The notes under the pieces were generated by a model, which saw nothing but the letters and a program-made list of their open reading frames with translations, was not told the DNA's origin and did not search any database. 64,000 bases of DNA, taken from Octopus sinensis (taxonomy: Eukaryota). This document shows, piece by piece, positions 1 to 9,824 of the stretch. Positions within the stretch are counted from its first letter, which is position 1. The number at the start of each line of letters is the position of its first letter. The stretch lies in the NCBI RefSeq assembly GCF_006345805.1, contig NC_042997.1:90830001-90894000 (forward strand). The letters run 5' to 3'. The translations under genes were made by a program, and so were the position numbers.

Positions 1-76
1 AACTTCTGTAAAATGGCGATTTGACGTCTATATCTAGCATGTTGACTGTCCACCTTTTCGTGTTCAGTCCTTAATT

Positions 77-78
<2 letters not shown>

Positions 79-118
<40 letters not shown>
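79..118. repeat. (TA)n microsatellite; other microsatellites include (TG)n 1308-1350, (TA)/(TG) 2411-2500, (TA)n 18265-18288, (CA)n 21834-21855 and (GGT)n 35479-35500
   Basis: Direct reading. Confidence 0.95.
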
Positions 119-123
<5 letters not shown>

Positions 124-396
124 TAATGTATGTATATCTTTGTGTCTGCTTCCACCCCCCAATCACTTGACAACTGATGGTGGTGTGTTTATGTCCCCAT
201 AACTTAGCGGTTCAGCAAAAGATACCGATAGAATAAGTACTAGGCTTACAAAGAATAAGTCCTGGGGTCAATTTCTTTGACTAAATCCCTTTAAGGCAGT
301 GCTCTAGCATGGTGGCAGTCAAATGACTGAAACGTAAAAGAATAAAAGAAAAGAATATAGATGGTCCCAACCCTATGTAAATGTATTTACATTCAA

Positions 397-549
397 TAAA
401 AACTTTTTCATAAGGCCAAAACAATGCAAAATGAAATACAAAGTAAACCACAAAAGTGCAAACAGAACAACAGTTGAAGTTGTTCTGTTTATATTTTCAG
501 CTGCTGCTGTTTCACTTTGCATTGTTTCAGCCTCATCAAAAAGTTTTTA
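397..549. mobile_element. Small palindromic MITE-like element
   Basis: ~40-bp imperfect TIRs, TA at both ends, and an inner perfect 12-bp hairpin (460-471 / 479-490). Confidence 0.6.
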
Positions 550-599
550 ATCTAATGTCATATCACACAATGGCTCACCATAATCATACAATTTTACAC

Positions 600-1160
600 A
601 GGGTTATTACCTGGTGATTACCAGAGTAGGTGACACTGCAAGCTGATTTTGGTGGAGCTACTTATCTACACCATTTGTCCCCACGACAAAACACAGTGAA
701 TGGCGTTCTACTGGGCTCAAATATACCCCAAGCATATTTTAACTGGAAATAACCTTGTATTTATACATATCATGCCACCCAATAATTTGTATGCAGAGAA
801 CCACCTTTTAGCGCTACCAGTCATTGAACAATAATGACAGGAATATCATAAGAGAGACAATCTCTCTTATCAGCCTGCAACACACCCTGTCCAATTTAAG
901 TGGCTAAAGAGGAATGCTTGTAACCTACAGTCTGGGTAGGTAGCGCTACAAGCTGATTTTGGTGAATTTACACCATTTGCCACCAGTGAGAAATTTTCAC
1001 CATCACAAATATTGCCATCATCATTCTTAAAGAGGATAATTCTTGCTTCAAATACAACAGATGAGATGGACAGGTAACAGTCCACCATTTCTCCACAATC
1101 TACTTGAATGTCACATATAGAAATAATAAATAAATTGACAAAAAAATAGCTGATAAACAT
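600..1160 (-). pseudogene. Unidentified coding remnant with an internally repeated ~100-aa Cys-containing unit (includes 96-aa ORF 870-1160)
   Basis: 16-bp identical repeat 310 bp apart (639-654 / 949-964) encoding PKSACSxTY twice. Bases 717-741 match 24952-24976 at 22 of 25 positions. Confidence 0.45.
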
Positions 1161-1225
1161 CTCTATCTTCTAATCTAAATAAAAACTTACAAAATTCAAA
1201 TGTAAACAAAAATGGATATATTTAC

Positions 1226-1250
1226 CAAAAGCTTGTAATTCCAGTTTGAT
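1226..1250 (-). CDS. MORC2: MORC2 coding exon 15, 25-nt microexon (QTGITSF-W)
   Basis: Acceptor tttgtttcag; donor TG|GTAAAT. It aligns to human AQRGIIKFW (recalled), and the phase 1 in / phase 2 out is consistent. Confidence 0.88.
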
Positions 1251-1311
1251 CTGAAACAAATTAAAATATCATCATCATTTAACATATTCATTACTTGTGA
1301 GGGTTTGGTGT

Positions 1312-1350
<39 letters not shown>

Positions 1351-1999
1351 GATGTGTTAATCAAAGTGTACGGTATTATATATTTATGGCCAATCTTACC
1401 AATCGGTTTCTTCCTAGAGATTCAACTGAGTGTTAGGTAATAGTTCGATTGTGTAACCCTGCACTCATCAGAGGTAGAATGGATGGATTGATAGATGGGA
1501 GTTATTGAGGTGGATTTTCTACAGCCAGATGCCCTTCTTGTTGCCAAGCCTATCTGTTTCAAGTTAAGTAATATTCCCCATGACCAGACATGTTAACATG
1601 GCAGATTAAAAATGAAGGGTACTACTTGCACAACGGGGTAATATTTGTTTCCATCTATCACAAAGTCAAGGAAAGGAGACAATAGGACACACACATACAA
1701 AAATATATATTCTTTTGTTTCAGTCATTTGAATGTGGCCATACTGGAGCACTGCCTTAAAAGGTTTTTAGTCTAAGAAATCAACCCCAAGACTTATTCTT
1801 TGTAAGCCTAGTACTTATTCTATTGGTCTCTTTTGTCAAAATGCTAAGTTACAGAGGCATGAACACACCAACATTGGCTGTCAAGCAATGGTAGGGGGAA
1901 AACATACGACACACAAATATATACATATACAATCCTTCAATATTTATGTTTACATATATTGCCCTTCAGTACTGGGATTTTCTTCCCTTATAGTTATAT

Positions 2000-2370
2000 A
2001 AATTTGCAATGGATTACTAAATCCTGTGCCTCACCTAAGGTATACCCACTAGGAACTGTTATTATTCTACATAAATCAGTGTGTCAGATATATTTTACAA
2101 ATATTTTAGAAACCCATTTTGGTTTCTGGTACTGATATAAATTTGTTAAAAATGGTTTATCCTGTATGTTGGAAATTTATATGGTCATCTACAACTGAGG
2201 AGAACAATTTCTTTCAAACTCATGTAATATTTTCCTTGATCGATTAAATGGAGATGCTCGAAAAGGCTGTAATGTATTGATACCTGGACATCCTTGTTAT
2301 TTAGTTACATTCTGTTCACCTAACTTGGAGTTGTGCAGGCTATACCGAACTGACTTGGTGCCTCAATTTA
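2000..2370 (+). mobile_element. Possible CR1/L2-like LINE 3' ORF2 remnant
   Basis: CSPNLELCRLYRTDL resembles the L.SLE.RRL..DL tail motif; weak. Confidence 0.3.
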
Positions 2371-2418
2371 AGTACCTAATTAAACTGAATCTTAATTACA
2401 TGTATGCATGCATGTATG

Positions 2419-2492
<74 letters not shown>

Positions 2493-3104
2493 CATAGATA
2501 CATGCATACATGTAATTAAGATTCAGTTTAATTAGGTACTTAAATATATATATATATATATATATTACACAATGGGCTTCTTTCAGTTTCCGTCTACCAA
2601 ATCCACTCACAAGGCTTTCGTCAGCAAGAGGCTATAATAAAAGACACTTGCCCAAGGTACCATGCAGTGGGACTGAACCTGGAACCATGTGATTGGGAAG
2701 CAGCTTCTTACTACACAGCCACACCTGTGCCTACATAGACAGGCTTCTTTCAGTTTCCATCTACCAAATCGGATTGCCCAAGGTTATAGTAGAAGACACT
2801 TGCCTGAGATACCATACAGTGGGACTGAACCTGAAACCATGTAGATGGGAAACAAACTTCTCACCACACAGCCACACCAGTGCCTAAAATATGTAATGTT
2901 ATCACAAAATATTATAAGGTATTGTAGAAAACAAGTAAGTTTTCACTATGTGAGAAATGTGAAGTTTCTAAATGTGTGAACATAAGAATTTAATGCTGGA
3001 AGTATATTTTCAAGAGATGTGCATGTGTCTCCACAGATCTGATGTTGAATACTACTGAAATTGCTGAATACCTAGTGCTGCTTATATTCAAGGCCTCTAT
3101 TAAT

Positions 3105-3410
3105 AAAGGTGCATGGCTCAGAGATTAGAGTGTCGGACTCACAAGCATGAGGTAGTAAATTCAATTCCTGGGCCGAGCTGTGTGTTGTGTTCTTAAGCAG
3201 GGCACTTTATTTCACATTGCTCCAGTTCACTCAGCTGTAGAAATGAGTTGTGCCATCACTGGTGCCAAGCTGCAAGGCATTTGCCTTTCCCTTGGATAAT
3301 ACCAGTGGCACAGTGGGGAGGCTGGTATGCCCAAACTTGTACCTTGGAAAGGAACTTTCTAGGTGCAGTGCCATGGTCATTCATGACTAAAGGAAGTCTT
3401 TACCCTTTAC
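3105..3410 (+). mobile_element. tRNA-headed SINE family D; reverse copy at ~28050-28360
   Basis: A/B-box-like head followed by cactttatttcacattgctcc, shared in reverse with 28230-28250. Confidence 0.65.
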
Positions 3411-3624
3411 CCCTATTCATGGAGGATTTTGTAACATGCATTTATCCTCTTTGCTGTATTCACACTCATCCAATTTTTATACCTCTAATTTCATTTAAAC
3501 TTTTCACAGTGATTCTGTGAGAATACCAAAGTAGCTTCTTCAGTCATTTTCTATGACAACTTCTTTCTGAATATATAAAGCATTGAAAGGGGGAATTTTT
3601 AAAAAAATAAATGTTCCAACTCAC

Positions 3625-3759
3625 GTATATTCAGATCATTCCAATACTGTTCCATGTGTTCGCCCATAGCTTTCATTAAATATCGGAATTCTTTGGCATC
3701 AGCAAAGTCTTGCTTGTTATGGGTCGGCTCCAACACCAAATAAGGAACATCAACAACAC
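3625..3759 (-). CDS. MORC2: MORC2 coding exon 14 ([45 protein letters not shown])
   Basis: Acceptor ttctgctacag; donor GTGAGT; 135 nt. Confidence 0.96.
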
Positions 3760-3882
3760 CTGTAGCAGAAACAAGGAATTTTGTCAACGAAACATTTGTT
3801 GTGCAATGTTTCATCAGCACAGTTTCTAATAGGTACATTGTAAAGATATATTTCCCCATTAAAATGTAATTCTTTTGTTTAA

Positions 3883-4148
3883 CCCTTTAGCATTTTATAT
3901 TTACATTGTTAAATCAAAACTTATTTATTCACATTGTTTTCAACTAATCATGCATTATCTCATAGCTTTAACATTTCAATGGTGTAATTGTTCAATTTAT
4001 AGAATGACACTCTTGGGTAGTTGTGAGAGGCTGGATCTGGTTGGTTTGAACATACAAGAGGTAGAATACTTGGGCCTGATCAAGCTGGTTTCAATATACA
4101 CCAGGCAGAATATTTGGGCCTGATATGGCCAGATTGAATGCTAAAGGG
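3883..4148 (+). mobile_element. piggyBac-type MITE family (~220-265 bp), orientation A; further A copies at 27257-27474 and 33913-34130
   Basis: TIR CCCTTTAGCATT...AATGCTAAAGGG with TTAA (or one-mismatch) flanks. TTAA TSD plus CCC/GGG termini is the piggyBac signature. Confidence 0.85.
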
Positions 4149-4714
4149 TCAAAAAAAGGTTTCATTATTATCATCATCACCACCATCACCTTAATGTCTA
4201 CTTTTCCATGCTTCCACAAGTAGAACAGGTTATTGAAGCAGATTTTCTACAGCTGGATGCCCTTCCTATCATCAACCCTCACCTGTTTCCAAGCAAGGTA
4301 ATATGTCCCCATGGCTAGACATGTTCTCACAGAATATTACCTTTTGACTTCTCAGGCATCGTCAGACCTACCAGGAGACTGCTCTCCTGTCAACATAGCT
4401 CTCTGGATCACAAGAATATGCAAACTCTTTTTTTTTAAAGATTTTAAAAGTAAAAATCCCCAGTTTTCATTTCATATTTACACTCACATACACAGTCACC
4501 CACACACTCAAGATAGGTAAGTGCACACTGTTGGATGGTTGTTAACTCTCCACCCTTTAATACGTTTTGTTTTCCATCCTGCAGGCAATCCAAAAATTAC
4601 CCTCCTCACCTAGCAAGCTTCGTGGTGTTGCCAATGACCCCAAAATGCAACAGGTTTACTGTTATATGTTAGCTGTAGTGCTCAAGAGTGACCTGACACA
4701 ATTGTAGATATTTA

Positions 4715-5581
4715 CAAGGTAGTATAAAAAATTCCCAGACTAGTTCTGTAACACACCAATAGATGGTACCCCTGGTTGTGCATGCAGTGAGAGCTAGCAG
4801 TGACCTTCATGAGGCAGTATTCTAAATTATATCACTGTGTTTACTTCTCAAGTTGTGAAATTAGTGTTTTTGTGATTCACAAGTATGCTGTTGTCTGCGA
4901 TTTTATCATGGACAGGAACAAAAGAGCCAATGTGAAATTTTGTGTTAAACTTGGGAAGTCTGCAACAGTGACATTGAGCAAGCTTACAGCAACAAGGCAA
5001 TTAGTCATACGCGATGTATCGAGCAGCACAGGTAATTCAAAAGCAGAAGAAGATCACTGGAAAATGATGAGTGATCTGGAAGACTTGCCATGAGTGTCAA
5101 CCCCCTTGTCCCCCAGGGCCAGACTGTCAATCAAGAGTTCTACAGTGACATTTTGAAGCATTAGAGGAAAGACATTTGTTGAAAGTGAGTGGATCTGTAG
5201 AGTGCAAAGAATTGGATTCTTCACAGTCACCGAGCACCTGGTCACTGAGCTCTCTCACCAAAACAACATGGCACCACTTCTGCACCCACCCTATTCACAA
5301 AATTTAGTACCTGCGGACTCCCATCCCTTCCCCAAGATGAAAATGCAGCTCAAAGGTCACCATTTTAACACTGTTGTCAAGATCCAGAGCAAATCGCAGA
5401 ATGTCCTCGACTCGCTTACGGAAAATGACTTCCAAGGCAGATTCTAAAAGTGGCAGGAATGCTGGAAGCAGTGTATTATTGTGCAAGGTGACTATTTCGA
5501 AGGAGATGATGTTAAAACTTAGGTAAATAAGTTATTTTTTATTAAACATAAGTAGTCCAGGAACCTTTTGATACCACCTCG
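4715..5581 (+). mobile_element. Internally deleted mariner (Tc1/mariner) element with both TIRs
   Basis: TA flanks at 4713-4714 and 5582-5583; imperfect TIRs (CAAGGTAGTATAAAAAATTCC / GGAACCTTTTGATACCACCTCG). Transposase N-terminus RANVKFCVKLGKSAT and C-terminus LHPPYSQNLVPAD...KGHHF...GDYFEGD, with frameshifts. Confidence 0.9.
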
Positions 5582-6232
5582 TAATTTTGCTTAAATCATT
5601 CATGCCCTTAAGAAAACCATAAACATTACACAATCTCACTTCTCAATTCCTTTTCTCCTATAAATCTAGGAATTGAAAGCCAACAATTTTACTTTTTTCA
5701 GCCTATGAGGTCACTGAAACTGCTATAAATATTAGGCGAAAACACCTCTCAACAAATAGTATATATATATCTAGTCACTTTTACATCTCTATTTCTATTT
5801 TCTTAAACATTTATCAGAAAGATAGAAACCAATAAATTATTAAATTATCCCAAATAAACAGATGATGTGTGATTTCATTTAATTGCATTAATATTCCACC
5901 CATACTATTGTGGAGTATGTCCTTACAACTTATAAGCATACCTATTATGGATATAACAAACAGATATGTGATTTAGTTTAACTGTATCAACTGTCCATAA
6001 ATCCTAGATATATAAAGGTTGGAAAGCTGGAAACCATTTATCATAGGTCTGCTAAATCAGGTTACTGCAACCCTAAGGCTTGTCTAATCAGGTCAAATCA
6101 TCCAACTTACTGCAGCATGGAAAACAGATGTTAAATGATGATGATGATGATGATATACTATTCTGCAATTAAATCAATCTGGATTATGGTTTTATTTATC
6201 ACGAAGAGCTATATGAAAAGATATCAACTTAC

Positions 6233-6252
6233 CCACAATCCCACTGCAACAG
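6233..6252 (-). CDS. MORC2: MORC2 coding exon 13, 20-nt microexon (CCSGIV-G)
   Basis: Acceptor tttcatttcag; donor GTAAGT. It exactly fills the phase-2 to phase-1 gap and the six missing residues between exons 12 and 14. Confidence 0.92.
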
Positions 6253-6299
6253 CTGAAATGAAAGGAAAAAAATGAAAATATTTATTCTTTCTCCTTTTA

Positions 6300-6541
6300 T
6301 AATTGTAAAACAGTTTGCTGGACATTGTTGTAGAGCTGAAAAAGAGGTAATTTCTACTCTTCTCTTCTGGAAGCCATCTACTTGCAATACCAGAGGGCGC
6401 ACACTCTCCTACCCTGATGTAATCTCCAGGGATACAGGCATCCAGCAACAGGACCTCCGTAATGCCATGATGGATCGTGAAGTCTGGCGTAGCATGGTAA
6501 ATTTCATTGTCTCGACCACGGTCGAACAATGATGATGATGA
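6300..6541 (+). mobile_element. 5'-truncated RTE-clade LINE 3' end with (GAT)n tail
   Basis: FAGHCCRAEKEVISTLLFWKP...YPDVISRDTG...AMMDREVWRSMV followed by (TGA)n; CpGs retained, so probably young. Confidence 0.8.
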
Positions 6542-6761
6542 ATGGCTCAATATTGATTTAGATGTTTTAAAGTATATTTTCAGTTACACATCTCAGATCT
6601 ATACTAAACAATCTAACACTACAAAATGCCAGTTAATGGTTATTTGGAGACTGCTAAAACCAAACAAATATTCAACCTCCAGTGAGGAGCTTATTGATAC
6701 ATTTATATTAGTTCACAGAAACTAAAAAAGAAATTCTACATCTTAAGACATTATTTCACAT

Positions 6762-6899
6762 CAGACATGGGCAACCTCTTCCGAAAAGCAGACCGCATGA
6801 GACATGGCTTATCAATAGGTGGGCTAAAAAAAATTCAACATAACTTTTCATTAGGCATGCTATTCTGAAAATCTTGCAGGTTGCAGCTTGCCCATGATT
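6762..6899. mobile_element. hAT-type MITE
   Basis: CAGACATGGGCAAC start and degenerate CTTGCCCATG end. Confidence 0.5.
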
Positions 6900-7203
6900 A
6901 CCTTACATAAATAATTACCCATCACAAAATGGTTCTACAGGTATCTTAATACATGTGGAATATGTAGAATAGCTTCTATTCTACATATTCCACATGTATG
7001 GAACGACTTGACAGGAACTGGCAGGAGCCACACCAGGTTCCATAGTCTGTTTGACTTGGTTTCTACTGCTAGATGCTCTTTCTAAAACCAACCACTCCAC
7101 AGAGTGTACAGTTGAGATTAAATAATATAAATTTGTCCTATTGACGCAATCATGATGATGATGATGATGATGTGTTCAGAGTCATCTATGCTAGTGAAAG
7201 TTA

Positions 7204-7400
7204 TGCTACATGTTCTACATACAATTACACATATAGAAGATATTTTACATATTCCACATGTATTAAGATACCTAGAATTTATTTTACATGTTCATCAAAT
7301 AATTACTCGTCTGAAGGATATACATGCTCATGAGGTAATTACATATATGGAGGATATACCACATGCTCCTTATATACTACATAAAAAGAATACAATAAGC
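7204..7400 (+). repeat. Degenerate 39-bp tandem repeat (about 5 units)
   Basis: Units ctacatgttctacatacaattacacatatagaagatatt / ttacatattccacatgtattaagatacctagaatttatt / ttacatgttcatcaaataattactcgtctgaaggatata. Confidence 0.7.
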
Positions 7401-7496
7401 TCCAAAGTATATTATCCATTTGAATGATATGCTACATATTCATAAAATAATTTCATGTCCAAAGAATATTTTAAAAAAGCATGAATTTGTACTTAC

Positions 7497-7637
7497 ACCC
7501 CACCTTCCAACTGCGGTCCAACCTTTTCATACATCCGAATCAATCGGCTACAATTATATACAAATATTCCATCCTGGTTACGATTGTCAATATTTACACC
7601 ATATATAAAACTGAGGTTCTTTGGTTCTTTGAGTGCT
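7497..7637 (-). CDS. MORC2: MORC2 coding exon 12 ([47 protein letters not shown])
   Basis: Acceptor tttttcag; donor GTAAGT; 141 nt. Confidence 0.96.
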
Positions 7638-8574
7638 CTGAAAAAAAAGTAAAATTTTATGAATACATTGGAATGTTAACTTTTTTTTTTTGTCTACTCT
7701 ATAGTTGAAATAATTAAGGATACATGTTAATCAACCACTTTTTGAACCTCCAGTTTCAAATCACTGCACATTTTCATGGTCCCTGAACAAAACACTTTAT
7801 TCTACTTACTTTGGCTAACCTAAATGATTGTAATTAAAAGACAATAATTTCTGGAGGAAATTATGCAAATAAGAACCATATTTCCTGTGGTAAATTACCA
7901 AAACAGGTACTATTACAATTAAGTTAAATTACTAGCATTCTAGTAGTTATGTCTTATATCAGCTTACCACAACCTAATGCAGAACAAAACAATAATCCTA
8001 TGAATTCTTAGAACGATTTACAACTAGAAAGACTTGAAAATGGATTAACATTTAAATCAACGTTTTCTCTAAGCTGGATGGATAGCTTTTCAACACTCAG
8101 GGACATTTAGTATAAGCTTACCCTTTCATATTTTATTCAATGAAGATTCCCAAAAGTTTCTCCTTGAACACTATTTTTTAAGGAGAAAATCAAAATGGTA
8201 CATAAACTTATTTCATTTATGAACACAAGGTCGATGTGCAGGGTACTGTACACTGATTTAGCCCTAGTTCATCACCAATACTTAAACAAGAAAGGATGAT
8301 AGATGAAACTGAAGCACATAAGGACATAAGAAACTACTTAATATTATAAATCAACTGAATGTGCCTTGAAAGAAGGCATAGTTAGGAGTGGTGTGTCAAC
8401 CGTTATTTCTTTTTAATAATAAAAGCACAGTAGAATTGTAATTTTAATTGATTAAAAGAAGTTTCATATACTGTCTGTCAGCTTATGTGTTGCCCTCACC
8501 ACCTTTCCATATCTCTCTCTCTCTCTCTCACTCCTGCTTCTTGCTCCCTCCAAAAAATATTTGCTCAAACTTAC

Positions 8575-8660
8575 TTCATTTTCCGGTCAGCCACCATTTT
8601 GCGTATTTGAGACTCTTTACGACATTCTAATGCAAAAGTCTGTGCTTTCCGCAAATCTGC
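8575..8660 (-). CDS. MORC2: MORC2 coding exon 11 (ADLRKAQTFALECRKESQIRKMVADRKM-K; coiled coil)
   Basis: Acceptor ttgcag; donor GTAAGT; 86 nt. Confidence 0.92.
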
Positions 8661-8968
8661 CTGCAATCCAGAATGTATCAACAACAAAGTTACACAAACC
8701 ATTATAAATTTATGAGAATAAAAAGAAAAAGTTTCAGGTACAAATTCAGGTCATTATTTACAAATTTCAACCACAGCGTCTTCATAATCTAAGCATGGCT
8801 ATCAGCACTCTGATGAGAGAATTATCTATGGAGAACTATTCCATGACGATAGGATAATAGATATATTTTTCCACAACAGTGCACAATTTAATCTGAGATA
8901 CTCAGCAGTGCTATAATTACTCAGTAGTAGCAGTTAACCACTTAGCCATTATGTCACCTATCTATCAA

Positions 8969-9188
8969 CTCTTTAGTATTTAAACAGGCCATAACCAGCC
9001 AAAATATTCTACCTGTTTTAGGTTGAAACCGGCCAGATCCTGCCTTTCACACCTATTTTATAATGTCATCCTAAACACAAACAGACCCATCATCGAAATC
9101 TCAAATCTATGAGATAGTACATGATTAATTCAAAGCTATGTAAATAAATAAACATTACATTTGACAGAGTAATATGAACACTAAAGGG
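8969..9188 (-). mobile_element. Same piggyBac-type MITE, orientation B; further B copies at ~17224-17442, 35821-35998 (truncated) and 40375-40586
   Basis: Reverse complement aligns to the 3883-4148 copy; TTAA at 9189-9192. Confidence 0.85.
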
Positions 9189-9283
9189 TTAAGACACACT
9201 ATATGAATACACAGTACTATTTCTGCTAATATCTCATCCATCTCATTTGTTAAGCCAATGCAATAAAGACAAACACTACTTAC

Positions 9284-9329
9284 TCTCAGATCTTTATTAA
9301 AAGAGGTACCACATTTTTTCTCCAAGTTT
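9284..9329 (-). CDS. MORC2: MORC2 coding exon 10 (NLEKKCGTSFNKDLR)
   Basis: Acceptor tttgtag; donor GTAAGT; 46 nt; bridges phase 2 to phase 0. Confidence 0.9.
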
Positions 9330-9466
9330 CTACAAAGAGAGGAAAATGAAACTTTGAGCCTCGGACATTAAAAGTTAACAATAATTCTAAATGGGAAATA
9401 ATCAATTCATCAAAAGTAATGACTGAATAATCAAACAAATTAAAAGAATTTCAGTAAATTTTTTAC

Positions 9467-9712
9467 TTTGCTTTGCTCTCTGCTTCTCGAGATTTCTCAG
9501 CAGCAATTTTGGCATCTTCATCAGCTCTGTTAGCATCTTGTTCAGAACGCGTTCGGAATCTGTTGGACGAATATCTGTACATGCGTTGTTTATAGAGACA
9601 GCAAGCTAAACGTTTGGTACGGACTTTCTTATTTTGGATATATATTTTCATTCTTGGATCCATATACAGGACTGCTGTGTAAGCGCGGAATGACTTCCTC
9701 TCAGGCATTAAA
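9467..9712 (-). CDS. MORC2: MORC2 coding exon 9 ([23 protein letters not shown]...[13 protein letters not shown])
   Basis: Acceptor ttctag; donor AA|GTAAAA; 246 nt; matches ORF-track 9463..9708. Confidence 0.95.
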
Positions 9713-9824
9713 CTAGAAGTTTTTTTTAAAAATCAAGAGATTTTAATTAAATCAATTTAGATTGAGAAAAAAATAGATATCCATATAACTAAAACAATTG
9801 AAAATGACAGTTTCCGAGACACAT

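Noticed and set aside
870-1160. Assignment of the ORF as a secreted peptide, beta-gamma crystallin or USP protease fragment
   Set aside because: The hydrophobic N-terminus is plain T-rich intron sequence. Crystallin and USP similarities are limited to a few residues with wrong spacing, so it is left unassigned.
1-1225. Next MORC2 exon (…W-D/E-x-FGY… leading to the CW zinc finger)
   Set aside because: No matching sequence was found, so it must lie beyond the left edge of the window.
2277-2610. Mirror-image ORFs sharing [15 protein letters not shown]
   Set aside because: An artefact of the inverted duplication and the TA/TG microsatellite.
3105-3175. tRNA genes at SINE heads (also ~9950, 13270, 15215, 18685, 46110)
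   Set aside because: Only A/B-box-like remnants fused to SINE bodies; no complete cloverleaf could be built.
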